From Candidatus Altimarinota bacterium (GTDB lineage Bacteria > Patescibacteriota > Gracilibacteria > UBA1369): a stretch of 64,000 nt of DNA. A program made the translations under genes and the position numbers. Below the pieces are notes generated by a model. The model was not told the origin of the DNA and ran no database searches. It saw nothing but the letters and a program-made list of their open reading frames with translations. This document shows positions 39,266 to 50,582 of this stretch, piece by piece. Where the stretch lies: NCBI GenBank assembly GCA_963677745.1, contig OY782391.1, positions 416,001 to 480,000 of the forward strand, given 5' to 3'. How positions within the stretch are numbered: the stretch's first letter is position 1; the number at the start of each line of letters is the position of its first letter.

Positions 39266-40533
39266 TGTACATCAAACTAATTAAAAGCAGCTGGAAAGCC
39301 GAACCAAGGAAAATTATCCTGATGTTTTCCGCGCTGACACTGGGACTGGTACTGATCACCCTGCTGTCCGCCCTCAACAGCGGACTGAAAAATTTCTTTT
39401 TTGCGGAAAGCCAGCAGGAAAAGATTCTCCGCGAATTGAATGTTAAAACCAAAAGCCAAACCCTGGGACTAAGCCTGGTTAACCTGATTCCGCATGCTGA
39501 ACTGACCACCGCCACCCTCGATCAGATCAAAAAGATACCCGGTGTGGCGGAAGTTCTTCCCACCAATACCATCAGCGGCATTTCCTCTTTGCAGATCGGC
39601 ATCCTGGGACAGTGGTTTCAAACCGACGCTCTATTATATGGGGCAGGTTATGAACTTCTGGACAGTAAAACCGTCACGGCCAACGCCTGGAACAATTATC
39701 AGGAACCTTACCCCGCTGTAGTTTCGTCCAAACTGATCGATCTCTATAATTTTTCTTTCGCCAATGCCAACAACCTGCCCCAGTTGACCGAAGAAAATTT
39801 TCTGGGTTCGGAAGTCAGAGTCCTGCTCAATCAATCCACCTTCTTTGCCGCCAATACAGGAGAGGTAAAGGAACTGCGGGCCAAAATTATCGGATTCTCT
39901 CCCAACGTAAAATTAATCGGCCTGACACTGCCGCTACCGGCCATCGAAAGAATCAACCGTGACTTCCTCAACAAAAACGACTCCTACTTCCTGGACGCAA
40001 CCGTCCGGGTCAAGTCCCCCAAAGAACTCAGTGCGGTAAAAAGCCGCCTGGAAGAATTGGGACTGGATGTGAAAACCGCCGAATCAAGTCTCAAGTCACT
40101 GGAAAAACTGTTTTTTCTGACTGATCTGGCCCTCAATATTTTCCTGGCAATCATGATCATCATGGCCGGCCTGTTGATCTCATCAACTTTCCTGGCCAAA
40201 ATTGCTGAAAAAAGCAGGGAAATTGCCATTCTCAAAACACTGGGAATGACCGGACCAAGAATTTCACTTCTTTATCTGCTGGAAGCGGCTCTGGTAGGAC
40301 TGGGGGCCAGCATCGCCGGAATCATCCTGGCCTATTTAATCTCCCTGCCCCTGGAATCTTTGATCGCCTATTCGGTAAAAACTCTCATCAATAAACCCGA
40401 AAGATTTTTCCAGTTCAGTCCGGGACAAAATTTATTGTTAATTTTATTCGCGGTTTTAATATCCTGCCTGTTCGCCTATTTTCCCTCTCGCAAAGCGGCA
40501 AAACTCGATCCGATAGAAATCCTGGCCAGGTGA
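39265..40533 (+). CDS. ABC transporter permease (MacB/FtsX family)
   Basis: 1+3 TM architecture, REIAILKTLG, PSRKAAKLDPIEIL. Confidence 0.92.
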   Translation: MYIKLIKSSWKAEPRKIILMFSALTLGLVLITLLSALNSGLKNFFFAESQQEKILRELNVKTKSQTLGLSLVNLIPHAELTTATLDQIKKIPGVAEVLPTNTISGISSLQIGILGQWFQTDALLYGAGYELLDSKTVTANAWNNYQEPYPAVVSSKLIDLYNFSFANANNLPQLTEENFLGSEVRVLLNQSTFFAANTGEVKELRAKIIGFSPNVKLIGLTLPLPAIERINRDFLNKNDSYFLDATVRVKSPKELSAVKSRLEELGLDVKTAESSLKSLEKLFFLTDLALNIFLAIMIIMAGLLISSTFLAKIAEKSREIAILKTLGMTGPRISLLYLLEAALVGLGASIAGIILAYLISLPLESLIAYSVKTLINKPERFFQFSPGQNLLLILFAVLISCLFAYFPSRKAAKLDPIEILAR

Positions 40534-40591
40534 ATGGATAATCACTATTCGATCAAGTCAAGTTGTTTTTGTAGTGCATCCGATAAATGTT

Positions 40592-40619
40592 TTGACAACC
40601 GGACCGTGGTACCTATACT
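40592..40619 (+). promoter_or_regulatory. rpoB promoter
   Basis: TTGACA-N16-TATACT. Confidence 0.65.
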
Positions 40620-40638
40620 GGCGCTAGGCTGTCAGAGA

Positions 40639-40770
40639 AGTATCAGGAGTTGATTTTACTTACAACCAAGGCAACTGATCATTGCTGAAGTTTATCACCC
40701 TGCGATACTGTCGATTGCGTTGTTGAAGATAGCAATACCATCATACGGAGAGACTCTCCCGATTATGGTA
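40639..40770 (+). ncRNA. Candidate structured 5' leader of rpoB
   Basis: Helices paired by eye: AGTATC/GATACT, CAGG/CCTG, AGTTG/CAACT, TGAT/ATCA; second hairpin TACCAT/ATGGTA + GGAGA/TCTCC. Confidence 0.4.
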
Positions 40771-40801
40771 ATTGTCCCAGTATATTCATTATTTCAAGAA
40801 T

Positions 40802-43800
40802 ATGCCGAAGAAAAAATCTTCCACATCGAAAGCCAAGAAGCCACTAAAAAAAGCCGCAGCGTCAAAAAAGACCGCTTCGGTCAAAAAGCCGGTTAAGATT
40901 AAGAAAGCCCCGGCCAAAACTTCCAAACCGGTAAAAAAGACAGCAGCCAAACCAGCCCAGAAAAAGAAGGCTGTAAAGAAGGTTTTGAAAAAGACCGTCT
41001 CCAAAGCTGCCAAAAAAGCTTCCCCCGCCAAGAAAAAGCCCGCTGTCAAAAAAGCACCGGTTAAAGTTAAAAAACCGGCCGCCAAAGTCAAAGTCAAACC
41101 GGCTCCCCAGAAAACGGTCAAAAAAAACGTGCCCGTCAAACCCGTAAAAACGGTTAAAGCCAGCACGCCCAAAGTTCCGGCCAAAAAAGTTGAAAAGCCC
41201 GCCAAGGAAATCAAGGCCGTACAGCCAAAAGCCGCTCCTCAAACCGCCGCCAAGAAAACGGAAAAAGAACTTCCGGCCGCTCCTGCCAAAAAAAGCAAAG
41301 AAAACGTCCGGGAAATTCCCCGCAAATTAAACAAAGACTTTTCTCTGGCCGAAGAAGTTTCAAGACTGCTGCCCAAGGAAAACATTATCATGAAAGAATC
41401 GTCCAACCGGAGATTCTTCACCGATCGTATTGATAAAGACATTGTTCTCCCCAACCTGATCGAAATCCAGCTGGATTCCTATCGCTGGTTTCTGGACATC
41501 GGTATCCGTGAACTGCTGGATGAAATTTCTCCGATTACCGATTTCTCCGGTAAAAAACTGGAACTCCAGTTTTTGGAACATTCCGTGGACGAACCGAAAT
41601 ACGACCCTGAAACCTGCCGTCTAAAAAATCTGACTTACGAAGCTCCCCTCAAAGTCCACGTACAGCTGATCAACAAGGAAACCGGTGAAATCAAGGAACA
41701 GGACGTCTTTTTGGGCGCCATTCCGCTGATGACTCACAAAGGAACCTTTATCGTTAACGGAATCGAAAGAGTAGTTGTTTCCCAGATCGTCCGCTCCCCC
41801 GGCGTGTTTTTCTCAAGAAATGCCGGTGCCCTGAACTCCTTCAACGCCAAGATCATCCCCAAACGCGGTGCCTGGCTGGAAATCGAAACCGATAAAAAAG
41901 GTATTATCAGCGTGAAAATCGACCGCAAAAGAAAAATCCCCGTGACTTCGCTGCTGCGCGTTTTCGGTTATCCCACTGACGACGAAATCCGGGATGTTTT
42001 CAAGGATGTGATCGGAGGTCCGGATAAAGACTATATATTAAATACTCTGGACAAGGACACCTCCAAAACCGTCGACGAGGCATATCAGAACATTTACAAA
42101 AAGATCCGCCCCGGCGACCTGGCTACTCCCGAGAATGCCAAATCACTGATCCAGTCGATGTTTTTTGATTACAAGAAATACGATATGGGACCGGTGGCCA
42201 GATACAAACTCAACAAACGTTTCAACCTCAACACTCCCAACACCAAAGATTTTCATACCCTGCAGGTTGAAGACATCGTTTATATTCTGAAACATCTGAT
42301 TCAGCTCAATAACGGCATCGGCAGAGAAGATGATATCGATCATCTGGCCAACCGCCGCATCCGTGCCGTGGGTGAACTGGTGCAAAACAAATTCCGCGTG
42401 GGTTTGCTGCGCACCGACCGTATCGCCAAAGACCGCATGACAGTGATGGATCTGGAAACGGTTACCCCCACCCAGCTGATCAATTCCCGCCCGATCACCG
42501 CCGCCCTGCGCGAATTCTACGCCAGCTCACAACTTTCCCAGTTTATGGATCAGACCAATCCGCTGGCCGAACTGGCACACAAACGCCGTCTGTCCGCCAT
42601 GGGTCCCGGAGGTTTGACCAGAGAAAGAGCCTCCTTCGACGTACGTGACGTGCATCCGTCCCATTACGGAAGAATCTGCCCGATCGCCACTCCCGAAGGT
42701 CCGAACATCGGTCTGGTCGTGCATCTGGCCACTTATGCCCGCGTCAACAAATACGGCTTCATTGAAACTCCTTACCGCACCATGAACGACACCATCGCGG
42801 TCAAAGATATCAAGAAACTGAAAGGCAAGAAACTGCGCTCCGACCTGATCAATCCCGCCAACGGCAAAATTATTCTGACCAAGGAAACAGTGCTCGGTGA
42901 AAAAGAAATCGCCAAGATCAAGGATTTGGGATTTGAAACCATCAAAGTTTTCAAACACACCACCGACGACGTGCGTTATTATGCCGCCGACGAGGACAAC
43001 GACAAAGTGATCGCGCAGGCCAACACCAGACTGGATGAGGAAGGACAGATAGTCGATTCGCTGGTTTCCGGAAGACAAAACGGAGAACCGGAACTGGTTC
43101 CGGCCAAGAACATCACGCACATGGACATCTCCCCGAAACAGATTATCTCCGAGACCACGGCCCTCATTCCGTTTTTGGAACACGATGACAACACCCGCGC
43201 CTCCATGGGTTCCAACATGCAACGTCAGGCCGTCTCACTGATCTCTCCGGATGCTCCGGTGGTCGGTACCGGTATGGAAGAAATAGTCGCCAAGAGTTCC
43301 GGCCAAATCTATCTGGCCGAAAACAACGGTACGGTTTCCTACGTTGATGCCGAACAGATAGTAGTGATCTACGACAATGGTAAAAAAGCCATCTACAAAC
43401 TCAACAATTACGTCCGCTCCAACCAGTCCACCTGTATTCATCACCGGGCCAGAGTCAACAAAGGCCAAAGAGTAACACGCGGTGATGTCCTGTCCGACGG
43501 TCCGGCCACCGAAAACGGTGAATTGGCCCTGGGCAAGAATGTCCTGGTCGCCTATATGGCCTGGAAAGGTTACAACTTTGAAGACGCCGTAATAGTATCC
43601 GACCGCATCGTTAAAGCCGGCTATTTCGATTCAGTACACATTGAAGCATTTACCATCGACGTCCGCGACACCAAGCTGGGCCCTGAAATTATTACCCGGG
43701 ACATTCCCAATGTCGGTGAAGCCAGACTGAAAGATCTTGATGAAAACGGAATAGTGAGAATCGGTGCCACCGTCCGCGAAGGTGACATCCTGGTCGGTAA

Positions 43801-45088
43801 AATCACCCCCAAGGGCGAAACCGAACTTTCCGCTGAAGAAAGACTTCTCCGCGCCATTTTTGGCGACAAGGCCAGAGATGTTAAAGACACCTCGCTGCGT
43901 CTGCCCGGAGGTGAAGGCGGCAAAGTGGTGGGAGTTCAGATCTTCTCACGCTCCAACGGCGATGAACTGCCGACCGGAGTCAATCAGCAAATTAAAGTAA
44001 ACGTCGCCCAGACCAGAAAAGTATCGGTAGGTGACAAAGTGGCCGGAAGACACGGAAACAAAGGTGTCATCTCGGTCATCGTGCCTCAGGAAAATATGCC
44101 ATTTTTGGCAGACGGCACCCCGATCGACATCATTCTCAACCCGTTGGGTGTGTCATCCCGTATGAATATCGGACAGATTCTGGAAGTGCATCTCGGCTGG
44201 GCCGCCAGAAAACTTAATTTCACGGTTGCCACCCCCGCCCTTAACGGTATTCACACCGACCAGATCAAAGAACTGCTCAAACAGGCAAAACTGCCCGAAG
44301 CCGGTAAAATTCAGCTTTATGACGGTATTACCGGTGAGCCTTTTGATCATCAGACCACAGTGGGAATTGCCTATATTATGAAACTATCCCATCTGGTTGA
44401 AGATAAAATTCACGCCCGTTCAGTCGGTCCTTACTCTCTGGTCACCCAGCAGCCGCTCGGTGGTAAAGCCCAACACGGAGGACAGAGATTCGGAGAAATG
44501 GAAGTATGGGCACTGGAAGCTTATGGTGCCGCCCATACCCTGCAGGAAATGCTGACCATCAAGTCCGACGATATCTATGGCCGCGCCAAAGCCTACGAAT
44601 CAATTGTCAAAGACGAACCGATCAAGAAACCAAAAACCCCTGAATCGTTCAACGTTCTGGTACGGGAACTGCAGTCATTGGGTCTTTCCGTTAAATTTGA
44701 AAACTCACACACCTCGGCTGAAGATGAATACGAAGGTAACCCCGAACTGGAAGATGTGGCCGAAATAGAACCCGAGACCAGAGAAAGTCTGGCCCTGCAG
44801 GCGGAGATTACTCAAAAAATTGCTGCCGAAGGGGAAGAAACGGATAAAGTTGAAAAGAATGTTTCCGGAATTGAAGTGGTGAAAGACACCGAAGAAGAAA
44901 ACCTGGAAGTCAAAGAGATCAAGGAAGAAGGAGATCCTGCCGACCTGGAAGATTTCGCCAAGATGGAAGCGGAACTGGATCTGGATCAGATCGACGCCCC
45001 GGAAGAGGAACTGCGGGCTATGGAAGAAAATCCCCTGCCCCTGGAAGATCTGGATATCCCTGAAGTAGATGAAGACGTTAAGCCCTAA
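40802..45088 (+). CDS. rpoB: RNA polymerase beta subunit with K/A/P-rich N-terminal extension and acidic C-terminal tail
   Basis: [59 protein letters not shown]; ATG at 40802 (internal ATG at 41390). Confidence 0.97.
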   Translation: MPKKKSSTSKAKKPLKKAAASKKTASVKKPVKIKKAPAKTSKPVKKTAAKPAQKKKAVKKVLKKTVSKAAKKASPAKKKPAVKKAPVKVKKPAAKVKVKPAPQKTVKKNVPVKPVKTVKASTPKVPAKKVEKPAKEIKAVQPKAAPQTAAKKTEKELPAAPAKKSKENVREIPRKLNKDFSLAEEVSRLLPKENIIMKESSNRRFFTDRIDKDIVLPNLIEIQLDSYRWFLDIGIRELLDEISPITDFSGKKLELQFLEHSVDEPKYDPETCRLKNLTYEAPLKVHVQLINKETGEIKEQDVFLGAIPLMTHKGTFIVNGIERVVVSQIVRSPGVFFSRNAGALNSFNAKIIPKRGAWLEIETDKKGIISVKIDRKRKIPVTSLLRVFGYPTDDEIRDVFKDVIGGPDKDYILNTLDKDTSKTVDEAYQNIYKKIRPGDLATPENAKSLIQSMFFDYKKYDMGPVARYKLNKRFNLNTPNTKDFHTLQVEDIVYILKHLIQLNNGIGREDDIDHLANRRIRAVGELVQNKFRVGLLRTDRIAKDRMTVMDLETVTPTQLINSRPITAALREFYASSQLSQFMDQTNPLAELAHKRRLSAMGPGGLTRERASFDVRDVHPSHYGRICPIATPEGPNIGLVVHLATYARVNKYGFIETPYRTMNDTIAVKDIKKLKGKKLRSDLINPANGKIILTKETVLGEKEIAKIKDLGFETIKVFKHTTDDVRYYAADEDNDKVIAQANTRLDEEGQIVDSLVSGRQNGEPELVPAKNITHMDISPKQIISETTALIPFLEHDDNTRASMGSNMQRQAVSLISPDAPVVGTGMEEIVAKSSGQIYLAENNGTVSYVDAEQIVVIYDNGKKAIYKLNNYVRSNQSTCIHHRARVNKGQRVTRGDVLSDGPATENGELALGKNVLVAYMAWKGYNFEDAVIVSDRIVKAGYFDSVHIEAFTIDVRDTKLGPEIITRDIPNVGEARLKDLDENGIVRIGATVREGDILVGKITPKGETELSAEERLLRAIFGDKARDVKDTSLRLPGGEGGKVVGVQIFSRSNGDELPTGVNQQIKVNVAQTRKVSVGDKVAGRHGNKGVISVIVPQENMPFLADGTPIDIILNPLGVSSRMNIGQILEVHLGWAARKLNFTVATPALNGIHTDQIKELLKQAKLPEAGKIQLYDGITGEPFDHQTTVGIAYIMKLSHLVEDKIHARSVGPYSLVTQQPLGGKAQHGGQRFGEMEVWALEAYGAAHTLQEMLTIKSDDIYGRAKAYESIVKDEPIKKPKTPESFNVLVRELQSLGLSVKFENSHTSAEDEYEGNPELEDVAEIEPETRESLALQAEITQKIAAEGEETDKVEKNVSGIEVVKDTEEENLEVKEIKEEGDPADLEDFAKMEAELDLDQIDAPEEELRAMEENPLPLEDLDIPEVDEDVKP

Positions 45089-45112
45089 AATACTTCATAA
45101 CACAGATGGCCT

Positions 45113-45538
45113 ATGAGAAGTGTCAATAAAGTAATACTCATCGGAAATCTCACCCGCGACCCCGAACTGAGACAAACTCCGGGAGGGCAGGCGGTCTGCA
45201 CCTTCTCAATTGCCACCAACAGGGAATGGATCACCAAGGACGGCGGTAAACATTCCCTCACCGAATATCACGATCTGGTCGCCTGGGCCAAACTCGCCGA
45301 AATCTGCAGCACTCACCTCAAAAAAAGCAAACTGGTCTACGTGGAAGGATACCTGAAAACCCGCAGCTGGGAATCTCCGGAAGGAATAAAGAAATTCAAG
45401 ACGGAAATTGTCATTCAGGATCTGATCATACTGGACCGCAAAGAATACACAGCCTACAGCAGCGAAGAATTTGTCCCCCAGGATTATCCCGACGCACCGC
45501 CCGCCGCCACCGACATCGATCTGAACCTTGGTCTGTAA
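45113..45538 (+). CDS. ssb: Single-stranded DNA-binding protein (short, non-canonical tail)
   Basis: SVNKVILIGNLTRDPELR, FSIATN, VYVEGYLKTRSW. Confidence 0.95.
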   Translation: MRSVNKVILIGNLTRDPELRQTPGGQAVCTFSIATNREWITKDGGKHSLTEYHDLVAWAKLAEICSTHLKKSKLVYVEGYLKTRSWESPEGIKKFKTEIVIQDLIILDRKEYTAYSSEEFVPQDYPDAPPAATDIDLNLGL

Positions 45539-45590
45539 AAAAATCACCAAGTTAAAAACCCCCCGTTTAAACAATTAACTTCAAAGTAAA

Positions 45591-48500
45591 ATGAGTTTCA
45601 ACGACAATAGTAATTCAGCCCAAAACAAAGCCCGAGAGGCCTTCGATAAAATTTCCATTTCGGTTGCTTCACCCGAAGAAATTCTGTCCTGGTCATTTGG
45701 GGAGGTAAAGAAACCGGAAACAATCAATTACCGGACACAGAAACCGGAAAGAGACGGTTTGTTTTGTGAAAAGATCTTCGGTCCCACCAAAAACTGGGAA
45801 TGTTATTGCGGAAAATACAAAAGAATCCGTTATAAGGGAATCATTTGTGAAAAATGCGGAGTCGAAGTCACCCACTCCTCAGTCCGCCGCTCCCGCATGG
45901 GACATATTAAACTGGCCGTGCCGGTAACCCATATCTGGTTTCTGCGTTCCACACCTTCCAGAATCGGCCTGCTTTTGGATCTGCCCATCAAAGCCATTGA
46001 ACAGGTCGTTTATTTTGCCGCCTATGTCATCACCGAAGTTGATGAAAAAGCCAAGGAAGAGGCCCGTGAACAGCTGACCAACGAATACAAGAACCTCCGC
46101 AAAAAAATCCAGGAAGACTCTTCCCGTGCCACCGCCGGTGCCAATAATGAAAAAGGCAAAACCGACAAAATCGAAAAAGATTACTCCCATAAACTGGACG
46201 AACTGGACAGCCAGCACAAAAAGACCAAGGAACAGCTGGAAGGAATCCGCATCACAGCCATCTACTCCGAACTGGAATATCGTGAACTTTCAACCAAATT
46301 CGGTCAGATCTTCAAGGCTGGCATCGGCGCCGAAGCCATCCGTCATATTATCCAGAACCTCGATCTGGAAGTGATGATCAAAAATCTGGACAAAGAACTG
46401 GTAAAATCTTCCGGACAGAAGCAGAAAAAAATCATCAAAAGACTGAAATTGGCCGGAAGCCTGCTCAAAGCCGATATCCGACCGGAATGGATGATCATGA
46501 CTGTCTTACCGGTAATTCCACCGGATCTGCGTCCGATGGTACAGCTGGACGGTGGAAGATTTGCCGCCTCCGACCTGAATGACCTTTACCGCCGTGTCAT
46601 CAACAGAAACAACCGTCTGAAGAGACTGATGGCCATCGGCGCTCCCGAAGTGATCTCGCGCAATGAAAAGAGAATGCTGCAGGAAGCCGTAGACACACTT
46701 TTAAATAATTCCGCCCGCGCCGGCAAAACAGTTTTCAATTCCGGGGACAAACGGAAACTCCGCTCCCTCTCCGACATGCTCAAAGGTAAGCAGGGACGCT
46801 TCCGCCAGAACCTGCTCGGTAAACGTGTCGACTATTCCGGCCGCTCCGTAATCGTGGTAGGTCCTTCGCTGAAACTGGATCAATGCGGTTTGCCAAAACA
46901 GATGGCCATGGAACTTTTCAAACCGTTTGTGATCGGCAGACTGATCCGCGACGGACTGGCCCACAACATCAAGAGCTCGGAAAAACTGATTCAGGCCGGT
47001 ACCAAGGAAGTCTGGGATATTCTGGAAGAGGTCACCTGTGACCGCTATGTACTTTTAAACCGCGCCCCGACACTGCACAGACTGGGTATTCAGGCTTTCC
47101 GTCCCGTACTCGTTGAAGGTAAAGCCATTCAGATCCATCCGCTGGTTTGTACCGCTTTCAACGCCGACTTTGATGGAGACCAGATGGCCGTCCATGTGCC
47201 GCTTTCCAAACCGGCCCAGGAAGAAGCCAAGAATCTGATTTGTTCCAGTCACAACCTGCTTAAACCATCGGCCGGCGAACCAATTGTTACTCCGGTACAG
47301 GACATGGTATTGGGCTGTTATTATCTGACCAAGGAAACTCCGGGCAAAAACGGTGAGGGCACCAACTATACCGATCTGAATGAGGCAATCCTGGCCTGGA
47401 GAACCAGCAATCTTCACCTGCAGGCCAAAATCAAAGCCCGCTTCCGCGGAGAAATCCGTGAAACCACTCTGGGCAGACTGATTTTCAACAGTTTCCTGCC
47501 GGAAGAACTCCCCTATTACAATCAGACTTTTGGCAAAAAACAATTGAGCGCACTGCTTAACGACGCCTTTCTGATAGTCGGCGGCGCCAAAGTCGCCGAG
47601 ATCGTCGACCATCTGAAAAAAATCGGTTTTGAATTCGCCACTTATTCGGGTCTATCCATCGGCGCCGCCGACATGATCATCCCCCCCACCAAGGGCAAGA
47701 TCATCGACGATGCTTCGGGACAGATCAAACAGATCAACAATCTGTACCAAAGCGGTCTGATTACAGACAACGAGCGTTACAACCACACTATTAAGACCTG
47801 GAACAAAGCCAAAAACGAAATCTCCAAAGTGATGATCGACGGTATCGATCCCGAGAATGATCTGCACTATATGATCAACTCCGGAGCCCGTGGTAACTGG
47901 GGACAGATTACCCAGCTCTGCGGAATGAAAGGCTTGGTGGCCAATCCTTCCGGTAAGACGATCGAACTTCCCATCAAATCCAACCTCAAAGAGGGCTTTA
48001 CCATTCTGGAATACTTCATCGCCACTCACGGAGGACGTAAAGGTAAATCCGATACCGCCTTGAAAACCGCTGAAGCCGGCCATTTGACCCGTCGTCTGGT
48101 CGATTCGGTACAGGATATCATCATCAAAGAAATCGATTGCGGGTCCGTCCATTCCCATATTGTCACCAAAACCGAATCCGACCGTATCGGTGAAAAACTG
48201 GAAAACAGAATTTTCGGACGTGTTCTGGCTGAAAACGTGGTTAACCCCAAAACCGGAGAAATAATTGCCGAAAAAGGCCAGGAAGTTGACCGGAAAATCA
48301 TCAAACAGATCGAAGACTTCAACGTGGAGGAAGTTAAAGTCCGCTCAGTCATCACCTGCCGCACCCGCGGCGGTATCTGTGTCCGTTGTTACGGCAGAGA
48401 TCTTGGTACCAACAAAACCGTCGAACCCGGAACAGCCGTCGGTATCATCGCCGCACAGTCAATCGGAGAACCTGGTACGCAGTTGACGATGAGAACCTTC

Positions 48501-49493
48501 CACATGGGTGGAGTTGCTTCCGAAGAAGGAGACATCACCCAGGGTCTGACCCGCGTGGAAGAACTGTTTGAAGCCCGCGCCCCCAAATCACCGGCCATCA
48601 TGACCGAACTGTCGGGTATCGCAGAAATTACCAGCAAAGGCCAACTGACCGAAATCAAAGTCACCACCGAAGAACCTCTCGAAAAAGACTATCTGCTGAT
48701 CGGAGATCTGGAAGCCACCGTCAAAAAAGGTGACGTGGTAAAAGAGAAAGAAATCATTGCCAAGTCCCCGCTGAGCAAGAATATGATCAGAGCCGAATTT
48801 AACGCCAAGATTCTGGAGGTTAACACCAATCACGTTCTGCTCCGCAGCATGGATCTGATTTCCCGCACCTATAAGATCCCCTTTGGTAAAATCATCAAGA
48901 TCAAGAACAAGGCCAAAGTTCAAAAAGGCCAGTCATTGACTTCCGGCCACCTCAACCTGCGCGATCTGATCAATCTGACCGACGTCTACACCGCCCAAAA
49001 ATATCTGGTTTCCGAGGTCCAAAGCATCTACGCCTCACAGGGACAGACCATCAACGACAAACACATTGAAATCATCGCCCGCCAGATGCTCTCCAAAGTC
49101 AGAATTGTCGACCCCGGAGAAACGCATTATCTGCCCGGTGAAGTGGTAGACATCCTGGAAGCCGAAGACGCCAACCTGAAAATGGAAAAAGAGAACAAGA
49201 AAATGGCTTCCGTGGAAAGACTGCTTTTGGGTCTAACCCGCATCTCGCTCCACACCGACAGCTGGCTCTCCGCAGCCTCATTCCAGGAAACAATCCGTGT
49301 TCTGGTCGAGGCTTCCACCACCAACAAAGTGGATGTACTGGAAGGTCTGAAGGAAAATGTTATCATCGGTAAACTGATTCCCGCCGGCGAAACCTACAGA
49401 AAACGCCACCCGGAACTGGTCGATGAATTTGCCAACCTGGGAAATAAAGAACCTCAAATGATCGAAAGGCCGAAATTCTATCCGGCCATCTAG
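45591..49493 (+). CDS. rpoC: RNA polymerase beta' subunit
   Basis: Zn-finger [43 protein letters not shown]. Confidence 0.99.
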   Translation: MSFNDNSNSAQNKAREAFDKISISVASPEEILSWSFGEVKKPETINYRTQKPERDGLFCEKIFGPTKNWECYCGKYKRIRYKGIICEKCGVEVTHSSVRRSRMGHIKLAVPVTHIWFLRSTPSRIGLLLDLPIKAIEQVVYFAAYVITEVDEKAKEEAREQLTNEYKNLRKKIQEDSSRATAGANNEKGKTDKIEKDYSHKLDELDSQHKKTKEQLEGIRITAIYSELEYRELSTKFGQIFKAGIGAEAIRHIIQNLDLEVMIKNLDKELVKSSGQKQKKIIKRLKLAGSLLKADIRPEWMIMTVLPVIPPDLRPMVQLDGGRFAASDLNDLYRRVINRNNRLKRLMAIGAPEVISRNEKRMLQEAVDTLLNNSARAGKTVFNSGDKRKLRSLSDMLKGKQGRFRQNLLGKRVDYSGRSVIVVGPSLKLDQCGLPKQMAMELFKPFVIGRLIRDGLAHNIKSSEKLIQAGTKEVWDILEEVTCDRYVLLNRAPTLHRLGIQAFRPVLVEGKAIQIHPLVCTAFNADFDGDQMAVHVPLSKPAQEEAKNLICSSHNLLKPSAGEPIVTPVQDMVLGCYYLTKETPGKNGEGTNYTDLNEAILAWRTSNLHLQAKIKARFRGEIRETTLGRLIFNSFLPEELPYYNQTFGKKQLSALLNDAFLIVGGAKVAEIVDHLKKIGFEFATYSGLSIGAADMIIPPTKGKIIDDASGQIKQINNLYQSGLITDNERYNHTIKTWNKAKNEISKVMIDGIDPENDLHYMINSGARGNWGQITQLCGMKGLVANPSGKTIELPIKSNLKEGFTILEYFIATHGGRKGKSDTALKTAEAGHLTRRLVDSVQDIIIKEIDCGSVHSHIVTKTESDRIGEKLENRIFGRVLAENVVNPKTGEIIAEKGQEVDRKIIKQIEDFNVEEVKVRSVITCRTRGGICVRCYGRDLGTNKTVEPGTAVGIIAAQSIGEPGTQLTMRTFHMGGVASEEGDITQGLTRVEELFEARAPKSPAIMTELSGIAEITSKGQLTEIKVTTEEPLEKDYLLIGDLEATVKKGDVVKEKEIIAKSPLSKNMIRAEFNAKILEVNTNHVLLRSMDLISRTYKIPFGKIIKIKNKAKVQKGQSLTSGHLNLRDLINLTDVYTAQKYLVSEVQSIYASQGQTINDKHIEIIARQMLSKVRIVDPGETHYLPGEVVDILEAEDANLKMEKENKKMASVERLLLGLTRISLHTDSWLSAASFQETIRVLVEASTTNKVDVLEGLKENVIIGKLIPAGETYRKRHPELVDEFANLGNKEPQMIERPKFYPAI

Positions 49494-49504
49494 TTCAAAA
49501 AAAC

Positions 49505-49533
49505 TTGCAATATCAAGTATCGTTGTGTAGATT
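49505..49533 (+). promoter_or_regulatory. rpsL promoter
   Basis: TTGCAA-N17-TAGATT. Confidence 0.5.
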
Positions 49534-49596
49534 GTTGCAGCATTTACCACCTCGGAATCACTAAAAAACTTCATAAATATCACCTAATTCAAGACA

Positions 49597-50013
49597 ATGC
49601 CAACCATTAATCAATTAATCCGCAAACCCCGCAAGCCAAAACTCAAGAAGAGTAAGTCCCCGGCCTTGCTGACCGCTTTCAACTCGCTGAAAAACCGCTC
49701 GGTTAAAAACTGCAGCCCGTTCAAGAGAGGCGTTTGCATTAAGGTTGGAACCATGACTCCCAAGAAACCTAACTCAGCTCTCCGCAAATTCGCCAAAGTC
49801 AGACTCACCAATATGGTTGAGGTTAATGCCTACATTCCCGGTGAAGGACATAATCTGCAGGAACACAGCGTCGTGTTGATTCGCGGCGGCAGAGTAAAGG
49901 ATCTGCCAGGTGTACGTTATCACATTGTCAGAGGCATTCTTGATACACAGGGAGTTCAGAACCGCAAACAGGGTCGTTCCAGATATGGAGCCAAGAAACC
50001 CAAAAAAGCATAA
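49597..50013 (+). CDS. rpsL: 30S ribosomal protein S12
   Basis: [29 protein letters not shown]. Confidence 0.99.
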   Translation: MPTINQLIRKPRKPKLKKSKSPALLTAFNSLKNRSVKNCSPFKRGVCIKVGTMTPKKPNSALRKFAKVRLTNMVEVNAYIPGEGHNLQEHSVVLIRGGRVKDLPGVRYHIVRGILDTQGVQNRKQGRSRYGAKKPKKA

Positions 50014-50043
50014 TCAGTAAAAAAATTTAATCGACACTAAGCA

Positions 50044-50499
50044 ATGGCACAGAAAAGACTACATATTATCCCGGAAAATTCTTCCCCGCTGCAGGAAAAA
50101 TTCATCAACTGCGTTATGAAACAGGGCAAGAAGAGTACCGCCCAGAGAATATTTCAGGACGCTATGGATTTAATAGCCGCCAAAGGACACAAAGAACCGG
50201 TCAAAATTTTTGAGAAAGCTTTGGAAACAATCAAACCGACTCTGGAAGTCAAAGCCAAGAGAATCGGCGGCGCCGTTTATCAGATTCCAATGGAAGTAAA
50301 AGCCAACCGCCAGACCACTCTGGCCATCCGCTGGCTGCTGGAAACCACCCGCTCCAAAAGAAACGCCCCCATGGCCAAGAAACTGGCCGACGAATTGATT
50401 CTGGCTGCCAACAACGAAGGCGCCGCCATCAAAAAGCGTGACGACGTAATCAAGATGGCCCAGGCCAACAAGGCTTTCGCCCATTACGCCAAATACTAG
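50044..50499 (+). CDS. rpsG: 30S ribosomal protein S7
   Basis: GKKSTA, RIGGAVYQIP, MAQANKAFAHY. Confidence 0.98.
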   Translation: MAQKRLHIIPENSSPLQEKFINCVMKQGKKSTAQRIFQDAMDLIAAKGHKEPVKIFEKALETIKPTLEVKAKRIGGAVYQIPMEVKANRQTTLAIRWLLETTRSKRNAPMAKKLADELILAANNEGAAIKKRDDVIKMAQANKAFAHYAKY

Positions 50500-50541
50500 A
50501 AGCAGACCCGCGGCTTTTTGGCCGAAGTAAAAAAACAATCA

Positions 50542-50574
50542 AAAAGAGGCCCCCGCTACGCGGGGGCCTCTTTT
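50542..50574. terminator. Bidirectional rho-independent terminator
   Basis: Perfect hairpin AAAAGAGGCCCCCGC-TAC-GCGGGGGCCTCTTTT between convergent genes. Confidence 0.9.
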
Positions 50575-50582
50575 AAAACAAT

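Noticed and set aside
42520-49930. Rifampicin or streptomycin resistance alleles
   Set aside because: RpoB cluster I ([19 protein letters not shown]) and S12 (PKKPNS, RVKDLPG) match the sensitive consensus.
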